In this document: piece by piece, positions 19,117-31,796 of the stretch | Position numbering within the stretch: the stretch's first letter is position 1 | How the letters are laid out: every line of letters starts with the position of its first letter | Assembly (NCBI GenBank): GCA_963771465.1 | Contig: CAVYTU010000015.1 | Location: 672,001-736,000, forward strand | Direction: 5' to 3' | Source: an uncultured delta proteobacterium | Lineage (GTDB): Bacteria > Desulfobacterota > Binatia > UBA9968 | DNA length: 64,000 bases | Position numbers and translations under genes: made by a program | The notes under the pieces: model-generated | Seen by the model: only the letters and a program-made list of their open reading frames with translations | The model's database searches: none | What the model was told of the DNA's origin: nothing

Positions 19117-20757
19117 ATGAAGTTATGGCGAGAAAGTCTCAAATTTAAAGTTGCCGCAGCCATCGCCGCAATGCTGGTTTTGGTTTTGGGCGTCGGCACC
19201 TGGATCAATCTTTCACTATTCAGCGACGAGTACCTCGCTTGGTCGCAAGCGCGCGCCGAGGTGGTGGCAAAACCGCTGATTCAACGCATTCACGACTTAC
19301 TCTCCCAGGTCGGCGACAACCCGTCAGCGTTCATCGTGCTCAGCGGCGATATCCACTTACTGATGAAGGAAAACCCAGAAGTCTCCCGGGTGGCGATCTT
19401 CGATCGCAGCGGCAAGTTAGCAACCGACAGCGACAAAGACGCAAACAAAAACCTCGACGCTAACGCGCGTATTCAACGAATCATCGAAACTAAACCGCAC
19501 GGCAGCGTGACGCTGGCCGTCGGCGGCAATTACTACGCGCTGATACCGATCAAACATGACAAAACGACGCTCTATGCGGCGCTGCTGTCGCGTGGCGAGA
19601 TCGTCAAGGCCGCCAGTGCGCGAGTGGGCCGAACTTTTTTCCTGCTCGCCGTCGCTTCCATCGTCCTTTCCGGCATCGGCGTGTATTTGGTCATTCAACA
19701 TTGGGTTTCCAATCCCCTGCAAAATCTTCGCGCGCTCGCCGCCGCCGTGGCCCAAGGGGATTTAACCCAAGCGCCTGGGAACGCCAATGACGACGAAATC
19801 GGCGAGCTTGCCAAAGCCTTCACCAAAATGGTCGAAGGGTTGCGCGGCCTTACCTATCAAGTTAAGCGCGCCGCAGAAAATATGGTTGCGGCGTCCAGCC
19901 AGGTTTCTGCCTCGGCGCAGACCTTGTCGCGCGGCACCAGTGAGCAAGCCGCATCGGTCGAAGAAACCACATCCAGCCTAGAGCAGATGAACGCGTCGAT
20001 AGCACAGAACGCGGAGAACTCCAGACAGATGGAAAACATGGCGAACCAAGGCGCCCATGAAATGACCCAGTGTAGCCAGGTCGTTGGCGAGTCGGTGGAC
20101 GCCATGAAATCCATCGCCGAGAAAATCTCGATCGTCGAAGAGATCGCCTATCAGACCAACCTTCTCGCCTTGAATGCCGCCATCGAAGCCGCCCGCGCCG
20201 GCGAGCATGGCAAGGGTTTCGCCGTGGTCGCCACGGAGGTGAGAAAGCTCGCCGAGCGCAGCCAAGTAGCGGCACAAGAAATCGGCTCTTTGGCGGCGAC
20301 GAGCGTCACCACCGCCCAACGCTCCGGCGACGCTCTCAAAGCGCTCGTGCCAACGATTAGAAAAACCGCCGAGTTGGTTCAGGAAGTCGCCACCGCTTCC
20401 AGAGAACAGTCCACCGGCGTGTCTCAGGTCAATCGTGCCATGAGCCAAGTGGATCAGGTGACCCAAGCCAATGCCGCAGCGGCCGAAGAGCTGTCGGCCA
20501 CTGCCGAGCATATGGACGGACAAGCGACGGATCTCCAGGAGATCGTCAACCGCTTCCACCTGGACGGAATGAAACTTGCTCAAAGTGACGACGGGGCTTA
20601 CGCGCCTGCGGGCCGGCGCAATGAAGATGCACGTAACGGCGCAGAATTACCTCGATCGACCAAGGACGGCTTCATGTCCAGAGCCGAGCCCGGTAGGTCA
20701 GTCGTACCATTCGGCGCACATAAGGTAACAAGCTTGGACGAAGTGGAGGAATTATGA
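19117..20757 (+). CDS. Methyl-accepting chemotaxis protein with periplasmic sensor domain
   Basis: AAGGAG RBS then ATG 19117. TM-sensor-TM-HAMP-MA architecture. Confidence 0.93.
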   Translation: MKLWRESLKFKVAAAIAAMLVLVLGVGTWINLSLFSDEYLAWSQARAEVVAKPLIQRIHDLLSQVGDNPSAFIVLSGDIHLLMKENPEVSRVAIFDRSGKLATDSDKDANKNLDANARIQRIIETKPHGSVTLAVGGNYYALIPIKHDKTTLYAALLSRGEIVKAASARVGRTFFLLAVASIVLSGIGVYLVIQHWVSNPLQNLRALAAAVAQGDLTQAPGNANDDEIGELAKAFTKMVEGLRGLTYQVKRAAENMVAASSQVSASAQTLSRGTSEQAASVEETTSSLEQMNASIAQNAENSRQMENMANQGAHEMTQCSQVVGESVDAMKSIAEKISIVEEIAYQTNLLALNAAIEAARAGEHGKGFAVVATEVRKLAERSQVAAQEIGSLAATSVTTAQRSGDALKALVPTIRKTAELVQEVATASREQSTGVSQVNRAMSQVDQVTQANAAAAEELSATAEHMDGQATDLQEIVNRFHLDGMKLAQSDDGAYAPAGRRNEDARNGAELPRSTKDGFMSRAEPGRSVVPFGAHKVTSLDEVEEL

Positions 20758-21584
20758 ACCGATTAGAAAAAACCTGTGCGGTGGCGATTACCACCGCTAT
20801 TTTGGCGCTGATTTTGAGCGTCGCCTTGACCTCGGCTGAGGAGAAAATCGTCGTCGGCGGCTCGGGCTCGCTGACCGATGAGATCATCGACGCCGCCAAA
20901 GCGTACATGGCGAAAAATCCTGGCGACAATGTCGAAGTGCGGCCGGAGAGCATGAGCACCACCGGCGGCATTGAGGGAGTCCAAAACGGCCGCTTCGCCA
21001 TCGGTCTGATCTCGCGCCGCCTCAACGACGGTGAAAAAAGCAAGCTCGTGTACCGCGCCATTGCCCGCTCCATGGCCGGAGTAGTGATCCATAAAACGAT
21101 GCCGATCAACGCTCTTAGCGACGTCCATATCTGCGAAACTTTCAGCGGTAAAATCAAATCGTGGAAAGAAATCGGTGGCAGCGACGGCAAAATCACCGTG
21201 CTCACACGCACACGCGACGATAACAACACGGACACCTTCCGCAAAAGTATGGAGTGCTTCAAAGAGCTGAAACTCACCCCCGAGGCGTTGGGCCTGGCGC
21301 GCGGCAACGAGCTCTTGGACGCTCTCGACAATCGCCCGGGAACGATCGGCATCACCAATCTGGGTTCAAACTTCAGGGACCACAAAAACATTAAAGCTGT
21401 CGCGGTGAACGGTGTGTCGCCGTCCGGCGAAAACGTCAAGAGCGAGAAATACAAATTTTACCACGAGCATGGCGCCATCACGCTGGGCGAGCCGCAGGGT
21501 TTGGTCAAACGATTTCTTGAATTCATCAACACACCGGAAGGACAAAAGGTCATCGCCTCGCGAGGAGCATTCGGACTGCGATAG
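20754..21584 (+). CDS. PstS-like (phosphate-binding family) periplasmic substrate-binding protein
   Basis: Signal peptide, VGGSGS, STTGGI...[17 protein letters not shown] and VNGVSPS. ATGA overlap with the upstream MCP. Confidence 0.8.
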   Translation: MNRLEKTCAVAITTAILALILSVALTSAEEKIVVGGSGSLTDEIIDAAKAYMAKNPGDNVEVRPESMSTTGGIEGVQNGRFAIGLISRRLNDGEKSKLVYRAIARSMAGVVIHKTMPINALSDVHICETFSGKIKSWKEIGGSDGKITVLTRTRDDNNTDTFRKSMECFKELKLTPEALGLARGNELLDALDNRPGTIGITNLGSNFRDHKNIKAVAVNGVSPSGENVKSEKYKFYHEHGAITLGEPQGLVKRFLEFINTPEGQKVIASRGAFGLR

Positions 21585-21624
21585 CTAACGGCCGAAAAAT
21601 TACTTTGACCATGAGAATTCATTG

Positions 21625-23202
21625 ATGAAACTCCCCATCAGCAGCAATAGGATTGGACTCGCGCAGGGTTCAAGCAGCTTGATCATGCGCTTCAGCGCGG
21701 TCACCGGCATCGCCCTGCTCGCGGTGGCGATGGTTTCCATGTTCGTTAGCCATTCCTTGGAACGTAGCGCCCTGCTCGCTGAGCTGGAAAAACAAACGAC
21801 GCGTGCCGCCGACCTGCTGGCGCAAAACGTCGCCTCCTCCATGTTCACATTCAATAAAGACAATATCAGCGCCACGGTCACCGCGTTCGCCAGTGACCCG
21901 GCGATCCGCTTCATCGAGCTCAAAGATACTTCCGGCAAAGTGAGCGCGAGCAGCGGTCAACCCCAGCCGAACTCGACGATCACCGTGACCCGGCCGATTA
22001 AGTTCGACAAGAAGGAAGTGGTCGGTTCCGTCACGTTAGCCATGTCGACCGCGTCGGTGGATGAAGCACTCAGCCGCGATTGGTGGAACGTCGTCATACG
22101 TGAAATTGCCGGCTTGGTGTTATTGGCCTTGGTACTGACGGCACTCTTGCGCCGAGAAATTGTCCGGCCCATTTCATTGGTGGCTGACCGATTGAAGGAT
22201 ATCGCTCAAGGCGACGGCGATTTGACCAAACGAATCGACTATGACGCGGGAAATGAAATCGGCGAAGTCGCACGTGGGTTCAATCAATTCGTCGATAAAC
22301 TCGCCCCCGTGATTGCCCGGGTGCACACCACGGCCAACTCCTTATCGAACGCATCGGATCAAGTCTCCGCCTCAGCGCAATCTTTGTCGCGCGGCACCAG
22401 CGAGCAAGCCGCCTCCGTGCAGGAAACAACCGCCAGTTTAGAACAAATGAACGCGTCGATTTCACAGAACGCCGATAATTCAAGACAGATGGAAAAAATG
22501 GCCACCGAGGGCGCCTTAGAAATGGCCCAATGCAGCCAGATCGTGGCCGAAGCCGTCAACGCCATGAAATCGATCACCGATAAAATTTCCATCGTCGAGG
22601 AAATCGCTTATCAAACTAACTTACTCGCGCTCAATGCTGCCATCGAAGCCGCCCGGGCCGGCGAGCATGGCAAAGGCTTCGCGGTGGTCGCCAGCGAAGT
22701 ACGCAAGCTCGCCGAGCGTAGCCAAGCCGCCGCGCAAGAAATCAGCGCGCTTACTTCCAACAGTGTCAACACGGCCGAGCGCGCCGGCCAAGCGCTCAAT
22801 GCGCTGGTACCGGTGATTCGAAAAACCGCTGAATTGGTCCAAGAAGTCGCCACGGCGTCAAGAGAACAGGCCACCGGCGTAGCCCAGGTCAATCGCGCCA
22901 TGACTCAGGTCGATCAGGTCACGCAACTCAACGCCGCCGCCGCCGAAGAATTGTCCGCGACAGCGGAAACAATGAATTCACAAGCGAACGAACTCAAGCA
23001 ACTGATGGCTCGTTTCAAAGTAAGCGAGATGGAATCGAGTCATGAACGTTACCCGGCAGCTCTTGATCGAGACGCTGTAGCCGAGCAGCCGCACCCGGCA
23101 CGCGCGCGGGTAGACATAAGAAATACGGCACCGAGAAAGTTGGCGCCGCACGTAAGGATTTCGCCGGCGCCAAGCGAAAAGGACGACTACCGGCCGTTCT
23201 AA
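21625..23202 (+). CDS. Methyl-accepting chemotaxis protein with C-terminal pentapeptide
   Basis: TM-sensor-TM-HAMP ([12 protein letters not shown])-MA architecture, ending DYRPF. Confidence 0.93.
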   Translation: MKLPISSNRIGLAQGSSSLIMRFSAVTGIALLAVAMVSMFVSHSLERSALLAELEKQTTRAADLLAQNVASSMFTFNKDNISATVTAFASDPAIRFIELKDTSGKVSASSGQPQPNSTITVTRPIKFDKKEVVGSVTLAMSTASVDEALSRDWWNVVIREIAGLVLLALVLTALLRREIVRPISLVADRLKDIAQGDGDLTKRIDYDAGNEIGEVARGFNQFVDKLAPVIARVHTTANSLSNASDQVSASAQSLSRGTSEQAASVQETTASLEQMNASISQNADNSRQMEKMATEGALEMAQCSQIVAEAVNAMKSITDKISIVEEIAYQTNLLALNAAIEAARAGEHGKGFAVVASEVRKLAERSQAAAQEISALTSNSVNTAERAGQALNALVPVIRKTAELVQEVATASREQATGVAQVNRAMTQVDQVTQLNAAAAEELSATAETMNSQANELKQLMARFKVSEMESSHERYPAALDRDAVAEQPHPARARVDIRNTAPRKLAPHVRISPAPSEKDDYRPF

Positions 23203-23215
23203 TCGGCAAGCCACA

Positions 23216-24124
23216 ATGAGCAACGACGCTAGCGATAGCCTGATAACGGTGCAGCCGATCTCGGATCGAGAGTTCGGTCTGTTTCAACGTTTGATCTACG
23301 GCGCGGCCGGCATCCATCTCGCGCCCCATAAGAAAGCTCTGCTTGAAGCGCGCTTAAGCAAACATATTCGCGAGTTGGGACTCCATTCATTCGGCGCGTA
23401 CTACGATCATGTGGTCAAAGAGAATCGCAGTGATGAGCTGGTCCGCATGCTCGATCGGGTCTCGACCAACGAAACCCATTTTTTTCGTGAGCCGCGTCAA
23501 TTTGAATTTCTCGAAAACCGACTCTGCACCGAGTGGAGTCAGCAAGCCGATGCCGGACAAAGGCGTAAGCAAATCACGGTCTGGAGCGCCGGTTGTTCCA
23601 CCGGCGAAGAGGCTTATAGCATCGCCATGCTGCTGCTCGATCGCTTTTCACTGGAGCGCGGCTGGCAGATCGATATCCTTGCCACCGACCTCTCGACCCG
23701 AGCGCTGAGCACAGCCCGCGCGGGGATTTGGCCCATCGCCAAAGCCCAAGAGATCCCGGATAAATATCTCAAACGTTTCATGTTGCGGGGCACCGGCGCG
23801 CAGCAGAGCAACATGAAAGCCGGCCAGGAAATCGCATCGTTAATCAGATTCGATCGGCTCAATCTCAATGACGAAAGCTATCCCATCACCGGGCAGTTCG
23901 ACGCCATCTTTTGCCGCAATGTCTTGATCTATTTCGATGCTCAGTCCCGGGCAAAGGTCATCGATCGCCTGCTCGATCGGCTGGCTCCGTTCGGCTACCT
24001 ATTTGTCGGCCACGCTGAGAGTCTCAGCTGCGTCACCGAGCGCGCGCGGCATATTATACCAACCGTTTACACCCGCACGGCGGACGTTGCACGGCATTGG
24101 GTGACGCAGGCTGCGGCCCAATAG
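23216..24124 (+). CDS. cheR: Chemotaxis methyltransferase CheR
   Basis: Motifs TNETHFFRE, WSAGCSTGEE and FCRNVLIYF. Confidence 0.96.
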   Translation: MSNDASDSLITVQPISDREFGLFQRLIYGAAGIHLAPHKKALLEARLSKHIRELGLHSFGAYYDHVVKENRSDELVRMLDRVSTNETHFFREPRQFEFLENRLCTEWSQQADAGQRRKQITVWSAGCSTGEEAYSIAMLLLDRFSLERGWQIDILATDLSTRALSTARAGIWPIAKAQEIPDKYLKRFMLRGTGAQQSNMKAGQEIASLIRFDRLNLNDESYPITGQFDAIFCRNVLIYFDAQSRAKVIDRLLDRLAPFGYLFVGHAESLSCVTERARHIIPTVYTRTADVARHWVTQAAAQ

Positions 24125-25246
<1,122 letters not shown>

Positions 25247-25270
25247 CCGTATTGAAGGGAAGGGACACAC

Positions 25271-25666
25271 ATGGAAACGAATGGAAAAAAGGTCCGAGTT
25301 TTAGCCGTCGACGATTCGAAAACGATGCTGGCGATGATGTCGGCATACTTGAAGAACAGCAGTTTCGAACTGGTGGCCACGGCCAGCAGCGGCTCGGAGG
25401 CGATCCAGAAATACAAGGACCTCAAGCCACAACTCGTGCTGCTCGACGTGGTCATGCCCGAAGTGACGGGAATCACGACGCTGGAGAAAATCCTCGACGA
25501 TGATCACGAAGCCTGTATCGTCATGGTGAGTTCACTCGGCACGGAGGCGACTGTGCAAGACTGTTTGAAAAAGGGCGCCAAGAGCTTCGTGCAGAAACCG
25601 ATTCAGAAAGACGGCATGCTGGCAACTCTCAAGTCCGTGTGCCAGGAGGCCGGGGTGTCTCTATGA
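25271..25666 (+). CDS. cheY: CheY-like response regulator
   Basis: Motifs AVDD, LLDVVMP, VSSLG and FVQKP. Confidence 0.88.
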   Translation: METNGKKVRVLAVDDSKTMLAMMSAYLKNSSFELVATASSGSEAIQKYKDLKPQLVLLDVVMPEVTGITTLEKILDDDHEACIVMVSSLGTEATVQDCLKKGAKSFVQKPIQKDGMLATLKSVCQEAGVSL

Positions 25667-26517
25667 GCGCAAAGTTCTTCGGCCAATACTTACTTGAAAA
25701 AGGGCGGATTACCTCCCAGCAGCTGGTCGATGCGCTGGAATATCAGAAATCGATCACTGCGCCGATCGGCGCGTTGGCCCTCGATCAAGGCTTGCTGACG
25801 GTTGACCAAATCAAACTGATACTGGGACGGCAATTGAAAAGCGAAAAACGCTTCGGTGAGCTCGCGGTGTCCTTGGGACTTCTCACTCAAGCTCGAGTCG
25901 ACGAGTTAATTCAAACGCAATCCAGCCACAAACTCTTGCTCGGCGAAGCGTTGATGGTCAAAGGCTATATCAGCGTCGAGACGCTTGAGCGGGAGCTCAA
26001 AGAGTACAAGAAGGAAGAAGACAAGCTTTCCACCCAGCTCAACGCCACTTTCAATACCATCGGCAACAAACAGATCGTCAAGACATTTACCGATCTCATG
26101 GTGATGATGTTTAACAACTTCGGCCAACAAGATATCAAGGTGGAGCAGTGCGAAATGGGCAAAGAAAACATTCGGCTGTTTCGCTGGGTTATCTCGCAGA
26201 AAATTGCCGGCGAAAACGTCGAGTTCAATTGTCTCTTATCGGTGCCGCCCAAACTGCTGCTGCAAATGGCCTCGACGATGCTGGACGAAAACATCAGCAC
26301 TGCCGATGAGCTGGCGCTCGATGCAACGAAAGAATTCGTCAACATCGCCAACGGCAACGCCTGCGCCAAGCTATCGGAAAACGGCGTCGCGCTGACAATG
26401 TTGCCGCCGGAAGTCTACGAGACCACCACCAAGCCGTACACCGTCCAAGCCCAAAATGTGGTTTGCGTCCATCTGGCTTGCCCCGACTCAAAGCTCGAAG
26501 TTGCCTTCGAGTTTTAG
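25663..26517 (+). CDS. MshEN/GSPII_N-like repeats fused to a CheX-like phosphatase domain
   Basis: Four xxG-xx-L-xxx-G-(L/I)(T/S) motifs at the N-terminus. C-terminal EFVNIANGN carries the E-x-x-N motif. ATGA overlap with cheY. Confidence 0.75.
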   Translation: MSAKFFGQYLLEKGRITSQQLVDALEYQKSITAPIGALALDQGLLTVDQIKLILGRQLKSEKRFGELAVSLGLLTQARVDELIQTQSSHKLLLGEALMVKGYISVETLERELKEYKKEEDKLSTQLNATFNTIGNKQIVKTFTDLMVMMFNNFGQQDIKVEQCEMGKENIRLFRWVISQKIAGENVEFNCLLSVPPKLLLQMASTMLDENISTADELALDATKEFVNIANGNACAKLSENGVALTMLPPEVYETTTKPYTVQAQNVVCVHLACPDSKLEVAFEF

Positions 26518-26589
26518 ATGAGTAATGCTCGGAGGGCCGATCGAGAACCTGCAAGCTTGACCGCAACGGAATTCTAAAGCGAGGGTTGG

Positions 26590-27129
26590 ATGACGAACGA
26601 AACTCTTAATTGCTCACAAATGCTTCGGGCAATCGGGCAGTTATTGGAGGCACTTAACATCGATTCTTTTACCTTGAGAGTTGACGATAACGACGTCCTC
26701 GTCCGCGACCGGTTTCCGCGCCGTAATCGAGAAATTAAAATTAGAGAAAGCCTGGTCTCCGCTTGGAATAACATCCGCTCTCGGGATTCTCGATTTGAAA
26801 ATTCTTTCCACGAAACGGGTGTGCTGCAGTTCCGTGTCGCGCAAGAAGATGCTGCCCTATTGGAACACGACGGGCAGGAGCGGCGCCAAAATCCTGACAA
26901 GGTACCGGAATTAGGCGCCCCGTCCCAAATTCTTCGCGACGTCGGTGGTATTGTCGACCACAAACGCGGACGACTGCTCGAAGTCTCGAAACATGATCAA
27001 GATATCCACTTTGAATTCGAGCTGCCTTCTCGCGAAATTGTTACTGAGCGGTTCACGGTTTCTTCGCTGTATGACTACTGGGTGACGATGTACCTGAAAA
27101 GAAGTGACCGAAGCCCCACCAAACGCTAA
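26590..27129 (+). CDS. Hypothetical protein with an internal duplicated motif
   Basis: GAGG RBS. SQMLRAIGQLLE and SQILRDVGGIVD are related segments. Confidence 0.7.
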   Translation: MTNETLNCSQMLRAIGQLLEALNIDSFTLRVDDNDVLVRDRFPRRNREIKIRESLVSAWNNIRSRDSRFENSFHETGVLQFRVAQEDAALLEHDGQERRQNPDKVPELGAPSQILRDVGGIVDHKRGRLLEVSKHDQDIHFEFELPSREIVTERFTVSSLYDYWVTMYLKRSDRSPTKR

Positions 27130-27159
27130 CGATCTCGTGCCGTACCGCCTTGCCTATTC

Positions 27160-27834
27160 CTAATCATTCTGAGCTGCGCTCGACGGACAAAGATCGCTTA
27201 ATGCGCAACGCGCGCAGGCCGGCTTGCGGGCAGCGCACACGCGCCGGCCATGGATAATCAACCGGTGCGAGAACCCAGTCCATTCGGCCGGCGGAAGCAG
27301 CCGCGCCAAATCCTTTTCAACCTTCACGGGATCTTGCTGCCGAGATAGTCCCAGCCGGCGCGACAGCCGGCCGCAGTGAGTATCCACCGCGATGCCGGGA
27401 AAGTTGAAAGCGTGACCGCGGATCACATTGGCGGTCTTGCGCCCGACGCCGGCCAGGCGAGTCAGGTCATTCATCGCCGACGGCACGGCGCCGTTGAACT
27501 CAGTGACCAATTGCTGCGCGCAGCGTTTGAGCGATTTTGCCTTGGCGTGAAACAGCCCGAGAGTACGAATCAGAATTTCGATATCGCGAATAGCGGCATC
27601 GGCGAGCGCCGTAGGCTTAGGATAGCGCTCGAATAACGCCGGCGTGACCTTATTTACCGCGGCATCGGTGCATTGTGCGGACAAGATCACCGCGATCAGC
27701 AGCTCGAAAGTGTTTCGATGGCTAAGCGGACATTCGACATCGCCGTATAACGTAGCCAAGCGCGACGCCAGCCTATTGGCGCGCCGGGATTTCTCTTCCA
27801 GCGTCTCGCGTTTGCGTGCCGTCTGGCTTGGCAT
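27160..27834 (-). CDS. nth: Endonuclease III
   Basis: ILSAQCTD, HhH GVGRKTAN, VDTH and the Fe-S motif C-x6-C-x2-C-x5-C. Confidence 0.96.
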   Translation of the reverse strand: MPSQTARKRETLEEKSRRANRLASRLATLYGDVECPLSHRNTFELLIAVILSAQCTDAAVNKVTPALFERYPKPTALADAAIRDIEILIRTLGLFHAKAKSLKRCAQQLVTEFNGAVPSAMNDLTRLAGVGRKTANVIRGHAFNFPGIAVDTHCGRLSRRLGLSRQQDPVKVEKDLARLLPPAEWTGFSHRLIIHGRRVCAARKPACARCALSDLCPSSAAQND

Positions 27835-27860
27835 TTCTGCTCGAATCGACGCGCAGCAAG

Positions 27861-29202
<1,342 letters not shown>

Positions 29203-29216
29203 TTAGTTTTATTCCT

Positions 29217-29795
29217 ATGCCAATTCGTTTGCGCTTACCTGCCGCGTGGCCGCTTTATCTCGTCGGTTCGCTGATCTTGATGCTCGCCTTGGTGACCCTT
29301 ATCGGCGAGCGCGGCGCATTGCATCTATGGCGCCTACGCGGCGAAAAAACTCAACTGGATGAACAAAATTATCGGCTACAGATGGAGAACCGGACCTTGC
29401 GCGAGCGCGTGAGCCGCATCCGCAATGACAACTCATATCTGGAAAAGTTAGCTCGCGAGGAGTTGAACCTGGTGCGCCCCGGCGAAGTCGTCTACCGCTT
29501 TCCCAAAGCAGAGCCGCGCCGCAACGTCGTCAGTGAGAGCGCTCGAATCGCTCCCGTCAAAGGGACAAAAACCACCTCGCTGAGGAATTCAACAATCTCC
29601 TTGTCGGCGCGCTTGCGGATACGCACCAGCCTTTGGGTTTGGCGCGGGTCGCCAAGCGGCATGATGATCTGCCCGCCTTCGCGTAGTTGGCGCCACAGCG
29701 GCTCGGGAACTTTTGGCGCGGCAGCGGTCAGCAATATCGCGTCGAAAGGCGCGTTTTCCTGCCAGCCAAAAAATCCATCGCCAACTTTGAATTGA
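29217..29795 (+). CDS. ftsB: Cell division protein FtsB/DivIC (true end probably near 29540)
   Basis: TM, coiled coil and YLEKLAREELNLVRPGEVVYRF. The ORF then runs antisense into pcm. Confidence 0.8.
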   Translation: MPIRLRLPAAWPLYLVGSLILMLALVTLIGERGALHLWRLRGEKTQLDEQNYRLQMENRTLRERVSRIRNDNSYLEKLAREELNLVRPGEVVYRFPKAEPRRNVVSESARIAPVKGTKTTSLRNSTISLSARLRIRTSLWVWRGSPSGMMICPPSRSWRHSGSGTFGAAAVSNIASKGAFSCQPKNPSPTLN

Positions 29796-30307
29796 ACGTT
29801 GGTGGCGCCAAGTTCGGCCAACGGCGGTTTGGCGCGCTCGCTTAAGGCGGCGATGATTTCGATCGAATAGACCGCTCCGGCCAAGCGCGCCAACACGGCG
29901 GTTTGATAACCCGAGCCGGTCCCGATTTCCAAAACCTTCTCGCTGCCTTTGAGTTCCAACAGCTCACTCATGTAGGCGACGATATAGGGCTGCGAAATCG
30001 TTTGGCCTGCGCCGATGGGCAGCGGCCGGTCATCGTATGCCGATGAACGAAATTTTTCCGGGACGAATAGATGGCGTGGCACGAACTCCATCGCGGCGAG
30101 CACCCGCGGGTCTTTGATGCCGCGTGATTTCAAGTCGCGCTCGATCATCGTGCGCCGCGCGGTTAGAAATGGGTCGAGAGTTTCGCCTGAGCGTGAATCG
30201 GGTTGAGCCGCCGGCAACGCAAGCGGAAAATGAAGCAGAAGCAGAATCGCGCAGAAAAGCCGGGAACGGCTATTTTTTGTCCTTAAAGACAAAGTGATAA
30301 TACTCAT
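29492..30307 (-). CDS. pcm: Protein-L-isoaspartate O-methyltransferase
   Basis: Motifs VPRHLFVP, GQTISQPYIVA, LEIGTGSGYQ and APFDAI. Confidence 0.93.
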   Translation of the reverse strand: MSIITLSLRTKNSRSRLFCAILLLLHFPLALPAAQPDSRSGETLDPFLTARRTMIERDLKSRGIKDPRVLAAMEFVPRHLFVPEKFRSSAYDDRPLPIGAGQTISQPYIVAYMSELLELKGSEKVLEIGTGSGYQTAVLARLAGAVYSIEIIAALSERAKPPLAELGATNVQFKVGDGFFGWQENAPFDAILLTAAAPKVPEPLWRQLREGGQIIMPLGDPRQTQRLVRIRKRADKEIVEFLSEVVFVPLTGAIRALSLTTLRRGSALGKR

Positions 30308-30671
30308 CCATGTCCATCAAAGTGTCGAGATCGGAATCGTCTTTCAAGCGCACTTCGATCAGCCAGCCGTCGCTGTAGGGATCTTCATTGATGATCGAGG
30401 GATGATCTTCCAGATGCGGATTGACCGCCAGCACGGTTCCGCTCACCGGAGAAATAAGTTCATGGACGGTGGACACCGATTCGATCTCGGCGAACGCTTC
30501 ACCCTCTTCGATCTTATCGCCGATGTCGGGCAGGTCGACGGAAATCACCGTGCCGAGCGCGCCTTGAATATAGTTGGTGATACCGAGCTGAACATCCTGG
30601 TCCGCGACCCCGACCCAGATATGTTTCTCACTCACTTTGACGTCTTTTTCCATCGTAATCTTTCGGTTCAC
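30270..30671 (-). CDS. Glycine cleavage H-protein-like paralog lacking the lipoyl-lysine
   Basis: GITNY, LP, IESVSTVHELISPVSG and INEDPYSDGWL give the GcvH fold. The canonical ESVK reads ESVS. Confidence 0.85.
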   Translation of the reverse strand: MNRKITMEKDVKVSEKHIWVGVADQDVQLGITNYIQGALGTVISVDLPDIGDKIEEGEAFAEIESVSTVHELISPVSGTVLAVNPHLEDHPSIINEDPYSDGWLIEVRLKDDSDLDTLMDMDEYYHFVFKDKK

Positions 30672-30732
30672 TCACTATAGACTTGTCCTCAGAGTGTCAA
30701 GAGCGGAATCGCGCCGCGCGGCGCGCTAACCG

Positions 30733-30850
30733 TGTCGAGCGAAACTTTCACAAGAGCAACCAAACGCGCCGCCCTGTTCTGACTGCGGCGCAATCATGAT
30801 CCGCAGCGGCGCCTGTTTACAAATGCATGAATAGCGGCAGTAACGAATGC
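30733..30850 (+). pseudogene. Decayed C-terminal zinc-ribbon fragment resembling class II ribonucleotide reductase NrdJ
   Basis: Reads QEQPNAPPCSDCGAIMIRSGAC/(frameshift)YKCMNSGSNEC, with no upstream gene body. Confidence 0.6.
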
Positions 30851-31084
30851 CGGCTCTTTTTGCGCTCACTATGATTATCTCAAAAAATACGAAAGCCCGG
30901 GTTCAGTGGTCGTCGCCCAACATCGTCGATGATCCTAAATATGCGGAAGTAGCTTTCCGCCTTTGTCGAATCGCGTCATCGCAAAAGGTTTTACAATCCA
31001 TTGTTCCCAATGTAAAAGCGGTCGCATTACACGGTTGTGAGCGGTAATATACCGAAGTTGTATCGTTCTATACGGAACTAGATA

Positions 31085-31097
31085 ATCATAGTTAGGC
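31085..31097 (+). mobile_element. Integron-like core site (attI-like), copy 1
   Basis: ATCATA-GTTAGGC (GTTRRRY) after an AT-rich tract, 17 bp upstream of a cassette-like ORF. Confidence 0.5.
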
Positions 31098-31114
31098 TGC
31101 CTACGGATATCGAT

Positions 31115-31715
31115 ATGACAACTCAATCACCAGTACTGCGGGAGTTCACCGACGCTACGCGTCGACATTTCAGTTTCCTGATTAGCGATTTTGGTTTCTC
31201 TGAGGCGGAATTGCCAAACGACAAGGACATCAATGAGTTCCAAGTCCGTTACCTGAGCGCTCGAGTGCTGGTCACCATCGAAGGCATGAATTGGGGCTAC
31301 GGGGACCAGGTTCTTCTTTCGGTGCGCGAGCCCAGTGCGAACAAGGTCCGACCCGAGATTCCACTTTGGCCGATCGTTAAGTTGCGACAGCCCGATCTGT
31401 ATAAGTCTCTAATGGTCGCCGATGGTCAGTTGGCACAGTTGGAGGTTTACGCGACAGCATTACGTTTGTGCGCCAGCGACATTGGGTGGCGATTTCACGA
31501 TTAGCGCAGCCGCAGAGAAACTCATCTCGGAAGAGGCAAGTATTGCGCTCGGTCTAGAGGAACAGCGGAGGTATGACGCGGAGTCGGCGCGAGCGTCCGA
31601 CGCTTTTCACCGGAAGGACTATGCTGAATTCATCAGACTTATCGAGCCGTTTAATAACAGGCTCTCCCAAGGTCAGAAGAAGAATTTGGACTATGCAAGG
31701 AGACAGATCGCATGA
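31115..31715 (+). CDS. Hypothetical cassette-like gene, frameshifted near 31485
   Basis: ORFs 31115..31504 and 31422..31715 join. Flanked by GTTAGGC upstream and an attC downstream. Confidence 0.6.
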
Positions 31716-31724
31716 TGGTCGGCG

Positions 31725-31796
31725 GCCTAACAAAAATAGCCGAGGCCGCCCCGCCGCTGCGCGGCGTGTCGGCGCGGCTGAACTCATGCGTTATGC
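31725..31796 (+). mobile_element. Degenerate integron attC site
   Basis: GCCTAAC (RYYYAAC), a GC-rich hairpin, then GCTGAAC-N6-GTTATGC; 72 bp. The L'' box is decayed. Confidence 0.7.

Noticed and set aside
18200-22980. DNA-level repeats among the three MCP genes
   Set aside because: Explained by ordinary conservation of the MCP signalling domain.
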